From: Octopus sinensis
Lineage: Eukaryota
Assembly: GCF_006345805.1 (NCBI RefSeq)
Contig: NC_043024.1
Span: forward strand, 124,001-188,000
Direction of reading: 5' to 3'
Length of the DNA stretch: 64,000 bases
Below the pieces are notes generated by a model. The model was not told where the DNA came from and made no database searches. It saw only the letters and a list, made by a program, of their open reading frames with translations. Each line of letters begins with the position of its first letter. Within the stretch, counting starts at the first letter, position 1. The position numbers were made by a program, and so were the translations under genes. Positions 26,604 to 39,869 of the stretch are shown piece after piece.

Positions 26604-28636
26604 GCTGAGATGGTACAACACCATTTTATTTAACTGTAATTCTATGCTATTTTCAACCAAGTCGTATGATTGTAGCACATCTGCCTGAGGAGGAAACCTA
26701 TTAAAGTCTGAAACTGATCTGTGAGTTTTCTTTGGCTGGTTAAAATTATTTGGGGTTATAACCCCGAGATTATTATTTTACAGAGAAACTATAAAAGTCT
26801 TTAGATACAATGCTATGTGATGATTGAATTTCTTATGTGGTCACGTTTTGTACAGTGTGGTATGTGTAAGTGTGTGTGTGTGTGTGTGTGGATATGAATG
26901 AATGCATATGTGTGTGGATGTAGGCATATGTATGTCTGTGTACATATGTATGCATATGTGTGTATATGTATGTATGTGTCTGTATGCATATGTGTATATG
27001 TATGCATGTGTGTGTCTGGATGTATGTGTGTATGCGTGTGTTGATGTATATGTGTGTGTGTTGATGTCTGCATGTGTGTGTGTGTTGATGTCTGTATGTG
27101 ATGGGTGTATGCATGTGGATGTGTGTGTAACTGCATGTGCATATGTATGTGTGTGCATCTGTGTGTATGGATGTATGCATGTGTGCATGTTAATGGATGT
27201 ATGTGTATGTATCTGCATATACGTGTGTGAATGTGTGTTCATGTGTATATGTGTGTGTGTATACACGCATGTGTGTGTATACACGCATGTGTGTGTATAC
27301 ACGCATGTGTGTGTGTATACACACATGTGTGTGAATGTGTATGAGAGGCTGTATGTGTGAACAGATGTATGTGTCTGTGTGGATGCATGTGAGTGTGTGG
27401 AAGTATATATACGTGCATGCATACTACATGTATGTGTGTGTGCATGTAAGTGTGTGTATGTGTACATTCATCTGTTCCCCCACCGCCACCACCATACATA
27501 ATATGCTAAGTCACAGGTCTGAGAAGAAAGAAATAAAACACCGAGCAAGGAACCACATGAGGTGATTAGAAGCTAAAAGACAGGAAGACTGTGTAAGGAA
27601 AGAAGTAAGAAGTTTGCCAAAAATATTTGATGCCAAGGTGGAAAGCTGGCAGAACCGTTAGCATGTCAGGCAAAATGCTTAGCAGCATTTCATCTATCTT
27701 TATGTTCTGAGGTTGACTTTGCCTTTTATCCCTTTGGGGGTTGATAAAGTGCCAGTTAAGTACTGTGGGTCAATGTAATCTACTTAACCCACTTCCTAAA
27801 TTTGTTGGCCTTGTGGCCAGATTTGAAGCCAGCATTCAACTACTTTAAGGCTGTGTGTCTGCAGAATTATTAGTATGGCCGGGTGAAATACTTGATGGCA
27901 TTTTGTCTGTCTTTACATTCTGAGTTCAAATCCTGCCAGGTTGACTTTGCTTTTCATCATTTTGGGGGTTGACAAAATAAGTACCAATTGAGCACCCGTC
28001 ACCCCAAAATTGCTGGCCTTGTGCTGAAATTTGAAATCAATATTCTGTAATACAGGGATAAGTAAAGCAAGGAATCCCAAATTGTGATGCTGTGTATTAG
28101 CAGGATTCAGGGAGTCATTGGTAAAAATTGTGCACACAATGATACTGGTGCCCATGCTGTCAAGTCATACCAAGAAGGAGCTGCAAAAATGCTACATTGA
28201 AGGGCCCAGAACAAAGAGAAGGCACAGAATAGCTCCAGGTCCCACCATTGCACAACTTACCTCATCACCCTTACTTCTCTGTCCACCCTTTTTATCATTA
28301 ACTTCTTCACACTAATCTCCTGCCTTTTCTGTCCCCTGTCCCTTCCTTACTACCTCCCCCCAATAGTGTCTACTCTGTTACTCTCTCCCCAACCATACTC
28401 TCACAGCTATCAGTTTCCCTCGCAGCAAAGTTTACCCTCTCTCATCATCCACTGAGGATCAATCCACAATCTCTCTCTCTCTCTCTCCTATTCTCCTTCA
28501 GCTGCAGGCATGGCTGTGCGGTAAAAAGTTTGCTGCCCGACCACTTGTTTTCAGGTTCAGTGCCACTGCACATCACCTGTAGCCTTGAGCTGACAAAAGC
28601 CTTGTGAGTGGATTCAGAAACTGAAAGAAGCCTGTC

Positions 28637-28698
<62 letters not shown>

Positions 28699-28757
28699 TC
28701 AGTAAATCATAAATCCAAAAGAGAAGCACACTCTAAGTTATAAAGCAGAAGAGAACA

Positions 28758-28829
28758 GGTCTCATAGTGTAATGGTTAGCACTCTGGACTTTGAATCCAG
28801 CAATCCAAGTTCAAATCTTGATGAGACCT
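28758..28829 (+). tRNA. tRNA-Gln(TTG), possibly decayed or pseudo
   Basis: GGTCTCA TA GTGT AATGGTTA GCAC T CTGGA CTTTGAA TCCAG CAAT CCAAG TTCAAAT CTTGA TGAGACC T: full cloverleaf with one C:A mismatch in the T-stem; a T-run follows about 15 nt downstream. Confidence 0.9.
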
Positions 28830-30063
28830 TGGTACTTTATTTAATTTTTGCTTATTGGCTGTGTGTTAAGAAGCTTGTTTCCCAACCACATGGCTTCTGG
28901 TTCAGTCCCACTGTGTGGCACCTTGGTAAATGTCTTCTACTAAAGCCTCAGGTTGACCAAAGCCTTGTGAGTGGATTTGGTAGACGGAAACTGAAAGAAG
29001 CCCATCATATATATATGTTTGTGTGTCTGTGTTTGTCCCCCTCCCTCAGCATCGCTTGAAAACTGATGTTGGTGTATTTACGTCCCCATAACTTAGTGGT
29101 TCGGCTAAAGCGACTGATAGAATAAGTACTAGGCTTACAAAGAATAAGTCCTGGGGTTGATTTGTTCAACTAAAGACGGTGCTCCAGCATGGCTGCAGTC
29201 AAATGGCTGAAACAAGCAAAAGAATAAAAGAATATATTTATATGTAAATGATGATGATGATGACAATGATAATACATGATATTTTGTTGTTTGTAAAAAC
29301 CACAGCAGTCTGGGGTTTTTTAGGAAGAATAAAAATTTTGCTTATCAAAAATGCAAATAGATTTCTGTCTTCCTCGTAACATCCTTTTCCTTTCTTTTCT
29401 TCCCTCAGTCTTGCAAGCTATTTATCAACTTCACCGGTGCCAGCGGCATAAAAGAAAGCCCCCACCCCTGCTGTAAAATGTCTGGTGTTATGAAGGACAT
29501 CATCCAGCTATGGAACCATACTAAAAGCAAACACTGGGGCCTTGTATACCTCTGCAGTTCCCTGGAGCCCGTCAAGCTGTCCAACTCATGCCAGCATGGA
29601 AAACAGACATTAAATGATGATGATGATGGTAAGCACCATTTTATTGTTGTTTTTCCTTTTTGATTGAGGCAGCTTACTTTAAGTACCCTACGAGATATTG
29701 TTTGCTTTTCTTTATTGTTGTCTAATTAAACACTTGACTATTTGTCTGCGTCTTATTTTGCCATTATTTCATTGGTTTCCGTCTCCTTTTTCAATCAGTT
29801 TTGTACTTTGACCATGTTTATATACCAAGTTTCTATCTAGAATCCATTATCGTAAACTGTATTATTGTAAATGTTTAATATCTTCAACACAGTCACATGA
29901 AATAGCCATTTGTGTTGATATAGTATTTTTCCTGGAGTCGTCAATTTTATAGCGTCTGCGAAATCTGCTGATAGGAAAAAAAAAATTCATTTATACAGAA
30001 GTGGTAACTGGGAAGGATGGAGAGAGAGAGAGAGAGAGGGACATTGTGATAAAAAGAAATAGT

Positions 30064-30370
30064 TAACAAGACAGGGAGAAAGATTGCTTGAGACTAAAAG
30101 AGAGGCGAACAGGAGATATATAGAGAGTGGAGAGAGATGAAGTATATAGAAGATATATAGAGTGGGGAGAGGTGGAGTACATACATATATATATATATAT
30201 CATCATCATCATCATCATTTAACGATGATGATGATGATGATATATATATGTATGTACTCCACCTCTCCCCACTCTATATATCTTCTATATACTTCATCTC
30301 TCTCCACTCTCTATATATCTCCTGTTCGCCTCTCTTTTAGTCTCAAGCAATCTTTCTCCCTGTCTTGTTA
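30064..30370. repeat. Near-perfect 300-bp palindrome
   Basis: Arms are identical apart from microsatellite length; centre (CAT)n-TTAAC-(GAT)n. Confidence 0.95.
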
Positions 30371-30947
30371 TATACATATATACATACTTGGAAATGGATG
30401 CGTGGCGTTTGATCATATAGTAATATAAATAACATATATATATGCATATATACATACATATATGTACATACCTACATATATATGTGTATACACATGCATA
30501 TGGGTACAGGACATAAAATAAAACGTGAACAAAATGAAAAACGAGAACATTAAAAAAACAATAACATGGAAAAATAACTTGTTTGAACAACAAAAGAAGC
30601 AAATAGAGAAATGAGACAGGTGACATAAAGAACAATCCCGTCATCAGTTGTCCCCTGTTTTATCTACTCCATGTTTCGAACATTTGGACAAGACTTGACT
30701 TTGTTAAAACAGTCGTTCATGCAAAGCAAATTAAATAAAATTTGGGATTTTTGGAAGGTTAAAGTGGCAACAAAAACAGGAGAGTAAGAACAAAACAGTA
30801 AAAACAAACAATAAGGGCTGTTAAGCCATAACGAGGTAAAGTGGTGAACGCTGGAGGAACAACCTTTGACAGGAGACAGGCAAAAGCATGTCTTTTCTCT
30901 TGTGAGGCAAGGGGAAGAAAGAAAGATAGCTGCTGGTCACATGTGAG

Positions 30948-30987
<40 letters not shown>

Positions 30988-31019
30988 CAAAATAAGCAAC
31001 AAGGATATCCAGAGGTAAT

Positions 31020-31105
31020 GCAGTACAATCATTTCATGCAACTCCATTTAATTGAACAATGCAATCATTACATCAATTTAAAAATACAGAGCAATCTTCA
31101 GCTGC
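31020..31105 (-). ncRNA. Type-I hammerhead motif with long stem-II insert, in PLE-like repeat 30982-31195
   Basis: GCAG CTGAAGA TTGC...GCAT GAAA TGATTG TA CTGC: stem I perfect; stem III is a CpG-decayed CGATCG. Confidence 0.7.
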
Positions 31106-31849
31106 ACAAAGACATAGAATTTAATTAAATTAGAACACATGGACACATTAGTATAATTATACCTAAAATCTCCAAGAAGTTAAGGAGACAGGCAATATAT
31201 ATACACATATACATACATATGTATATCATCATCATCATCATCAATCATCGTTTTGACTTCCTCCTTCCCATGCTTTCATGGGTCAGATGGAGTTTCTTAA
31301 GGAAACCTTTCTATAGCTGGATGCACTTCCTGTTGCCAACCTTCACTTGTTTACAAGGAAGGTAATATTTTCCAATGACCAAACATGTTTCTGCAGAATA
31401 TTTAGACATGAATAACATTCATTTACAACAATCACAGGATATCAAAACAAACACATTTTCATTTCTTTCTCTTTCATAAAACACTTCAACCACATCCTTC
31501 ACTGATTATTGTTGTTGTCTTTTAATCTCTCTCTCTCCTCTCACTCTCTTCTCTTCTCTCCATCCCCTCTCTTCTCTCTCTCATCTCTCCCCCTCTCTCT
31601 CATCACCCCTCTCTTACCTAGCAGGAATTTCCTGAAATCTAAGCATGGTTGGAAGACTTCCAGGAGGTCTTCAGACTGTGCTTATGTTTCAGAAATTTCC
31701 TGCTAGCCTATTGGAACCCACAGGATAACAGGGCCACCAGTGATCGATAGCCAAAGGAACACTACTCTCTTTGTTGTCATAGGTGATTGATAGCCAAGGA
31801 GAGACAATCCCCTTTGTTGACATTGAATAAAAAAGGGGTCATTTCCTCC

Positions 31850-32260
31850 TCCAGGTCTTCTCAAGCATGGTATATTGCCAAAGGTCTTGGTCACTTGTCA
31901 CTGCCCCCATGAGGCCCAAAGTTCAAAGGGTGCTTTTTACGTGCCACTGGCATTGACCATCACTATGATTTTGCCTGGCTTCATAGGTTTTCTCAAGCAC
32001 AGCATATCGCCCAACGTATGAAGGGTGTTCTTTTTGTGCCAGTTACATGACCCTGGCATTGGCTATGACTGCGATTTCATTTGGTTTGATGGGTCTTCTG
32101 AAGCATGGCATATTGCCAAAGGTCTTGGTCAATTGTCTTTGCCTTCATAAGGCCCAATGTTAAAAAATCATGCTTCATCACCTTGTCCCATGTCTTCCAG
32201 GGTCAAAGTCTTCCACAGGTTCCCTCCACGGTTAGAGATCAGCACTTCTTCACACAGATG
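31850..32260 (-). mobile_element. RTE-LINE 3-prime remnant
   Basis: Reverse strand reads VKKC..LTVEG..GR..PGRHG, followed by the 3-prime UTR shared with family C; similar to 60620-60770. Confidence 0.6.
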
Positions 32261-32411
32261 TATGAAATTTGCTAGATGACTGCTGCAATCAATGTGTGTG
32301 ATATTATGCACCAAGTACCTACAGGAGAGGATCTCTTAAATGCTAATAGTATAGTGTTTGTTGTTATAACAAAATATCTATGTTAAGTTGGATATAAAGA
32401 TTACCTGTTGG

Positions 32412-32449
<38 letters not shown>

Positions 32450-32683
32450 TTATTCTATCAGTCTCTTTTGCTGAACTACTAAGTTACGGGAATGTAAACA
32501 CCAACATCGGTTGTCAAGCAATGGTGTGGGGGACAAACACAGACACACAAACACACACACATATATATATGTAAATAAAATATTATATATATATATATAT
32601 ATATGTATGAGAGGTTTTGACATTCCAATTTCTAATGTTTAATCTTAATTTTTTAATTGGTTAATAATATATATACATGTATA

Positions 32684-32727
<44 letters not shown>

Positions 32728-33617
32728 ATATACACACACATACATACATATATGTATATATATGTATGTATGCATATGTGTATGGGTACATATGTATGTA
32801 CATATGTGCATGTATACAGGCTTATATAATAGTACATGTGCACATTAATATGTATATGCATGCGCAAGTGCGTATATCTATATACATACTTCTTTTTCTC
32901 TAATTTATCAGCCTTCACTATTGCTTTAGCTAGTACAATAAATACTAACATCTATTTTTAGAAACTTGACTGTTATATTTTCTTATCCTTCTTTCCTTTT
33001 TGAGGTTTACTACTCACTTTTAATACCCCACCATACCACATTCTTTATCCATCCCTCCACCTTAGTGCCTTTCAACGTATCACCTTCACCTTCCACTTCT
33101 CACACATTTTCCTTCCTTACATTTTTATCTCTTCCTTCTGACCCTCCTCCTATTCCTTTTATCTACTGATAGCTCTCCTCTCCCCACCCCTCATAATATC
33201 TTGACCACCAATTAGCATTCCTTTTCTCATTTTCACTTCCTCTTTTTTTCTTCTTGCCTTCCCTAATCCTTTTGACCAATACCATTTTTCTTCCTTCTAA
33301 CATATCTCTTCTCTTCTTTCTCTCTACTTCCCCCTACCAAAATTTCATTTACACTACAAGATCCCTTTGAATGAAGAGCACATAGAATTAATACCTATGA
33401 ACTATCCATTTATAATAACAAAATATGAACTCCTATTGGAATTTACATACCATAGACAAGAAGCTTTTTTACCCATTCTACACAGCACATTCCTTGGATA
33501 CTGGAACTACAACTGCAACATCCAACATATATTTTCATTCTGATATTTTCCTTTAGACTTCCTATAACTTCTTTTAATTGAACTCTACTATTTCCTTCTG
33601 TTTAACTCTCTCATATT

Positions 33618-33665
33618 GTCTCTGATGATGGGATATCCTTTATATCCATGAAACAGCTGTAAGAC
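33618..33665 (+). ncRNA. Minimal type-I hammerhead motif in a PLE-like pLTR (about 32890-33730)
   Basis: GTCT CTGATGA tgGGATAT-ccttt-ATATCCat GAAA CAGCTG TA AGAC: palindromic stem III, GUA site; base of stem II is mismatched. Confidence 0.75.
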
Positions 33666-33874
33666 TACCTCTCTCTTCATAAACTCCCTTGAAAATTCAC
33701 ACTGCCTTGGCTTTGTTGTCTCATTTTATTCAGCTCACACACACGTGCGCACACCACACACACACACACACACATTAATAATATATATATATATATATTA
33801 ATATAATATGTATATATATTGATAAGAAAATATATATATATATATATATAATATATATATATATTGATAAGAAA

Positions 33875-33905
<31 letters not shown>

Positions 33906-33910
33906 TATTT

Positions 33911-34078
33911 ATTTATATTATATTTGAAAGGAGAATTCTGGTAGATTCAACAATTTAGAATAATTAAATCATCATATTCTCGGCCATAAAAACAGTTTTA
34001 TGGCCGAGTATAAGTTGTATTATTATTCTAAATTGTTGAACCTACCTGAATTCTCCTTTTAAATATAATATATAAATA
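33911..34078. repeat. Fold-back inverted repeat adjacent to (TA)n
   Basis: Centre CTCGGCCATAAAA-acag-TTTTATGGCCGAG; about 80-bp arms. Confidence 0.85.
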
Positions 34079-34145
34079 TCTAACATCTCTGGTTATCCAC
34101 CTGACCACTTCACAGTGCTGTCTGTGTAATAAACAAAAATATAAC

Positions 34146-34205
<60 letters not shown>

Positions 34206-35356
34206 TCACACACACACGCACATATGCATTCATGTGTGTATGGATGTATGTATTTACACTTGCGTGTGTGTGTGTGTGTGTGTAATGCACATATTAACCT
34301 TTGATATTCATTTAGCTAATTGATTTGATAACATCAATTAGGAGTGAATTTAGTGAAAAATTAATGGCATGGTTGGACGGGTGGGGATTTCAGAAAGCAT
34401 GATGCTTAGAAATATAGTATTGTGTCCTAATTAGAGTCCATCTGTCTGTCAGATCTTTAGAATTGGAAGATGCACAGTCGCACACACACACACTCACATG
34501 CATGTGCACACACATACACCCATAGATGGACATACATGGACACACACGCGCACGTCAAAATATTTATACGCACTGTCCAGTTTTAACTGGGTATTTGCCA
34601 GCAACTGAAAACGCTGAAGGTTAAGACTGTGTTTTTTTTGCAAATGATAAGAAGGAATAATGCTAATTCATACATACTGTGTGTATATCCTCTTGCTGCT
34701 GCTTCTCCCCCCTCCTCCTCCTCATCTTCGTCAATATCGTCATTGTCATCATAATTATCATCCTCCTCCAGGTTATCGTTGTCATCATCATCCTGGTCAT
34801 TGTCGTTGTCATCATCATCATTGTCACCACCACCATCATCATCCTAGTCATTGTCGTTATCATCATCATCATCGTTGTTATTGTTGTAATCATCATCATC
34901 ATCTTTATCATTGTCGTCGTCATCATCATCATTGTAATTGTTGTTGTCATTGTCATCATCATCCTTGTCATCACTGTCGTCATCATCAGTATCATTGTCT
35001 TCACCATCATAATCATCATTAACTGCAACAGCACGCATGGGTTGGCTAGATCTACACACTTACTAGTCTTGAGTGCATTTGGCTTTCATAAACACACACA
35101 CAATTATCGCCAAGTGCAGTCACCACAAAACTGGCGAAAAAACAGTCTGACCAATTATCTGCCATAACCAGGAATATACTGCTCTTGCAAACCAGATACA
35201 AAAAGGAAATATATATATATATTTCCTTTTTGTATCTGGTTTGCAAGATTATTTATGTGAATTTGTGTGTTGAAAAAAATTTTGTTGTGTCTAGGAAGAG
35301 TCATTATGCCAATATTATTAACACACACACACTGTTCAATTCCACTTCTTTATGCC

Positions 35357-35599
35357 GTGGGCATATGGCGTAGTGGTTAAGAGCGCAGGCTACTAGCCCC
35401 AAGATTCCGAGTTAGATTCCAAGCAGTGACCTAAAAATAACAATAGTAATAATAATAATATTGAAAAATAGCTTAGGAATGAGAACCTAGGTTCAAAATT
35501 TCCCCAAGACACCTGAAGAAGGCTGAGGGTATATCAGCTGAAACGTTGTGTTAACAACAAACAAGATGAGGACAAATATCTGTTGAATGTAAATAATGC
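35357..35599 (+). mobile_element. tRNA-headed SINE with hammerhead-containing tail (second copy 36991-37234)
   Basis: A box TGGCGTAGTGG, B box GAGTTAGATTCC, (TAA)n linker, then the HHR. Confidence 0.75.
35508..35552 (+). ncRNA. Minimal (dimer-type) hammerhead motif
   Basis: GACAC CTGAAGA a GGCTG-agggtatat-CAGCT GAAA CG TT GTGTT; palindrome AACGTT, GUU site. Confidence 0.7.
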
Positions 35600-35750
35600 A
35601 AACGACTCACTGTTTAACCAAGATAAACAAACATTGATTTGTTAGTTGGATATCTAATCATTGACTAATAATAAAGGAATGGAATTGAACCAGTGTGTGT
35701 GTCATTAATATTTGCATAATGATTCTCTCTAGATAGAACAAAATATGCAT

Positions 35751-35828
<78 letters not shown>

Positions 35829-35883
35829 TCACACACACACGCACATATGCATTCATGTGTGTATGGATGTATGTATTTACACT

Positions 35884-35919
<36 letters not shown>

Positions 35920-37142
35920 GCACATATTAACCTTTGATATTCATTTAGCTAATTGATTTGATAACATCAATTAGGAGTGAATTTAGTGAAAAATTAATGG
36001 CATGGTTGGACGGGTGGGGATTTCAGAAAGCATGATGCTTAGAAATATAGTATTGTGTCCTAATTAGAGTCCATCTGTCTGTCAGATCTTTAGAATTGGA
36101 AGATGCACAGTCGCACACACACACACTCACATGCATGTGCACACACATACACCCATAGATGGACATACATGGACACACACGCGCACGTCAAAATATTTAT
36201 ACGCACTGTCCAGTTTTAACTGGGTATTTGCCAGCAACTGAAAACGCTGAAGGTTAAGACTGTGTTTTTTTGCAAATGATAAGAAGGAATAATGCTAATT
36301 CATACATACTGTGTGTATATCCTCTTGCTGCTGCTTCTCCCCCCTCCTCCTCCTCATCTTCGTCAATATCGTCATTGTCATCATAATTATCATCCTCCTC
36401 CAGGTTATCGTTGTCATCATCATCCTGGTCATTGTCGTTGTCATCATCATCATTGTCACCACCACCATCATCATCCTAGTCATTGTCGTTATCATCATCA
36501 TCATCGTTGTTATTGTTGTAATCATCATCATCATCTTTATCATTGTCGTCGTCATCATCATCATTGTAATTGTTGTTGTCATTGTCATCATCATCCTTGT
36601 CATCACTGTCGTCATCATCAGTATCATTGTCTTCACCATCATAATCATCATTAACTGCAACAGCACGCATGGGTTGGCTAGATCTACACACTTACTAGTC
36701 TTGAGTGCATTTGGCTTTCATAAACACACACACAATTATCGCCAAGTGCAGTCACCACAAAACTGGCGAAAAAACAGTCTGACCAATTATCTGCCATAAC
36801 CAGGAATATACTGCTCTTGCAAACCAGATACAAAAAGGAAATATATATATATATATTTCCTTTTTGTATCTGGTTTGCAAGATTATTTATGTGAATTTGT
36901 GTGTTGAAAAAAATTTTGTTGTGTCTAGGAAGAGTCATTATGCCAATATTATTAACACACACACACTGGTTCAATTCCACTTCTTTATGCCGTGGGCATA
37001 TGGCGTAGTGGTTAAGAGCGCAGGCTACTAGCCCCAAGATTCCGAGTTAGATTCCAAGCAGTGACCTAAAAATAACAATAGTAATAATAATAATATTGAA
37101 AAATAGCTTAGGAATGAGAACCTAGGTTCAAAATTTCCCCAA

Positions 37143-37188
37143 GACACCTGAAGAAGGCTGGAGGGTATATCAGCTGAAACGTTGTGTT
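37143..37188 (+). ncRNA. Minimal hammerhead motif (duplicate of 35508-35552)
   Basis: Same motif in the second duplication unit. Confidence 0.7.
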
Positions 37189-39869
37189 AACAACAAACAA
37201 GATGAGGACAAATATCTGTTGAATGTAAATAATGCAAACGACTCACTGTTTAACCAAGATAAACAAACAATTGATTTGTTAGTTGGATATCTAATCAATT
37301 GACTAATAATAAAGGAATGGAATTGAACCAGTGTGTGTGTCATTAATATTTGCATAATGATTCTCTCTAGATAGAACAAAATATGCATACACACACACAC
37401 ACACATATATATATATATGTACATAAATAAATATATATGTATATACATACATCTGATTCCTCTCCTGCCCATTTTCTATAAACACATTTACAATTTGTCA
37501 CATATTTTGCATGTCTAACAGAAAATGCTACTATCTTTTCTTTCTAATCTTTGCATCTCCTCCACTTTCAAGACCACATCTCACAACCATGTGGCATTCG
37601 TACATAAGTATTATACAACCTGCCTCTCTTTTTGCAAGATAGGCCTTTTGTTATCAACAAAGCTAATAGCTCTCTGGATTTTTTCCAAACAGTTATTATT
37701 CTAGCAGCTGTACTTTCAGAACATCCTCCACTGCTGATAATTAGGTTACCTAATTAACAGAAACTATCTTCTTCTTTTAGACATTCTCCTTGTCTAGAAA
37801 AATCTACTTCCAATGTGTTCTTAGTGTTTATTGCTCCTGTTCATCTGCCACAAACAAAGTCTACTTTCTCCGTTAACCTTCCCGTTACTCCATCATGTCT
37901 CTTATGTGTCCTTAGTTTGCGCTGGGTGTGTGTATATTACATACATATATTTATATCTCTAAACTGCCTGTCAGCCTGTCTATATCTGCCTGTCTGTTTA
38001 TTTCTCTGTCTGTCTGTTTATCCCACTCTATCTCTGACTAGATAAGATGTGGATTCAGAGAACCATGCTGCTATCACAGAAAGCTCCTCTTATGCTTTCG
38101 GCTATCAGTTCACATAGTAAACCAATACAAAGAAATGTCATGGTTACCAAAAATTCAGACGATCTGATTGATAAAAATATTTCATGAGGAGTATAGAAAA
38201 CCATAAAGTCAGAGTAATGGGGACATAAACACACCAACATCGGTTGTCAAGTGATGGTGAGATGACAAACACAGACACAAAGACACATGATGGGCTTCTT
38301 TCAGTTTCTGTCTACCAAATCCACTCACAACACTTTGGTCGGCCCGAGGCTATAGTAGAAGACACTTGCCCAAGGTGTCATGCAGTGGGACTGAACCTGG
38401 AACCATGTGGTTGGGAAACAAGTTTCTTACCACACAGTTCTCACAGTATTGATCAGGCCATCAGATGCTGTTATACACTGCTGGTCACAATGCACTTCCA
38501 ATTCTGTCTTCATTGCACCTTTCTTTTCCATCTCAACCTAAATTACTTAACCAAATCCCCTTCCCATCATCATGGAGGCCTTCCAAGTGGCTTTTTTCAA
38601 TCTCTTGGATAATACTTGACAACTGCATGGGTCTGTGAACCTTGCAATATGTCCAGCCCAGTGGAACTTGTGCTTTTGGTACTCTGCAATCACATCATTC
38701 ATTCTGCACCATTCTTCACTCATCTCATTTCAAATATACTCTCATAATGATATTCCTAACATGGATCTTTCCATGGCCTTTTGTGCCGTAGCCAATCGAT
38801 GTTCTATCCTCTTTGTATTATATGTGCCGGTATCATGTAAGTGGCACCCATGCTGGTGACACATAAATGGTACCGACTACACTCACAGAGTGGTTGGCAT
38901 TAGGAAGGGCACCCAACCGTAGAAACCAAGCCTGGTGCAGCTCTCTGGCTCACCAGTTCTACCCAAGCTGTCTAACCCCTGCCAGTATGGAAAGTGGACG
39001 TTAAATGATGATGAAATGTATAAAGGATAAAGTTCCTCTCCAAGGCACAAGTCTTGGCAAAGTTGTTTTACGGAAGACCAGCAGTCACCCATACATATAA
39101 GCCTCCCATCTCCATGCCACTGATGTTGTCCAAGGGAAAGGCAAAGGGGCTGATACAGCTTGGCACCAGTGATGCCACAACTCATTTCTACAGCTGAGTA
39201 AACTGGAGAAATATAAATTAAAGTGTCTTGCTTAAGAACACAACACACAGCTCGGTCCAAGAATCGAACTCATTACCACAATTTTGAGCCTGATGCTCAA
39301 ACCACAGAGCCATGTGCCTTCATGGTGAAATCTATGTTCACAAATTAATGCAAATAAAGAAAGCCAGTGCATCAGATAATGTTTCTGATTATTTTTCACA
39401 CATTCACAAAAGAAATATAAAAAACAAGAAAAGGCATTAAACATTTAAATTTTTAGAAATTTTTTATTTCTCATTTGTATCTTTTTCATTATTACTTGTT
39501 CTTTTCCAACAATCCATTTCATTCTATTTTTTTTCATTTAGCATATCTTCTCCATCACCATTATTATTATTTTTGTTATCATCAATCATCTCGTTCTATA
39601 CATTATAATATGTATTTTTATTATCACAAACAATACAATAGCAATCACTCTTGTCATTATACTAATATTCGTTATTAATAGAGCAATTAGAATGTATTGA
39701 TTTTGGCATGTGGCCAAACTTATTGAAACAGGATACAACTGATTAGATCTATAATACAATATATTACTGATGGTTATTTAATCAGTACCCTGCTAACAAA
39801 AGAAAGAAAAAAGCATATTTGATCTCAGCTGGATTATAATATTTTATATGCTATACTGAGTTCTAATGA

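Larger units (their letters stand above)
34150..37420. repeat. Near-identical tandem duplication, 1632-bp period
   Basis: ORFs repeat with a 1632 offset (34660 and 36292); junctions lie in (TA)n/(CA)n. Confidence 0.95.

Noticed and set aside
26680-26725. CTGAGGA...GAAA motif
   Set aside because: Stems I and II and the cleavage triplet are not supported.
30630-30685. Permuted HHR-like GAAA...CTGATGA on the minus strand
   Set aside because: Stem I cannot be paired; at most a decayed remnant.
34660-35167. His/Cys-rich and Ile/Val-rich overlapping ORFs
   Set aside because: Degenerate (CAT/TGT)n repeat that is open in several frames on both strands.
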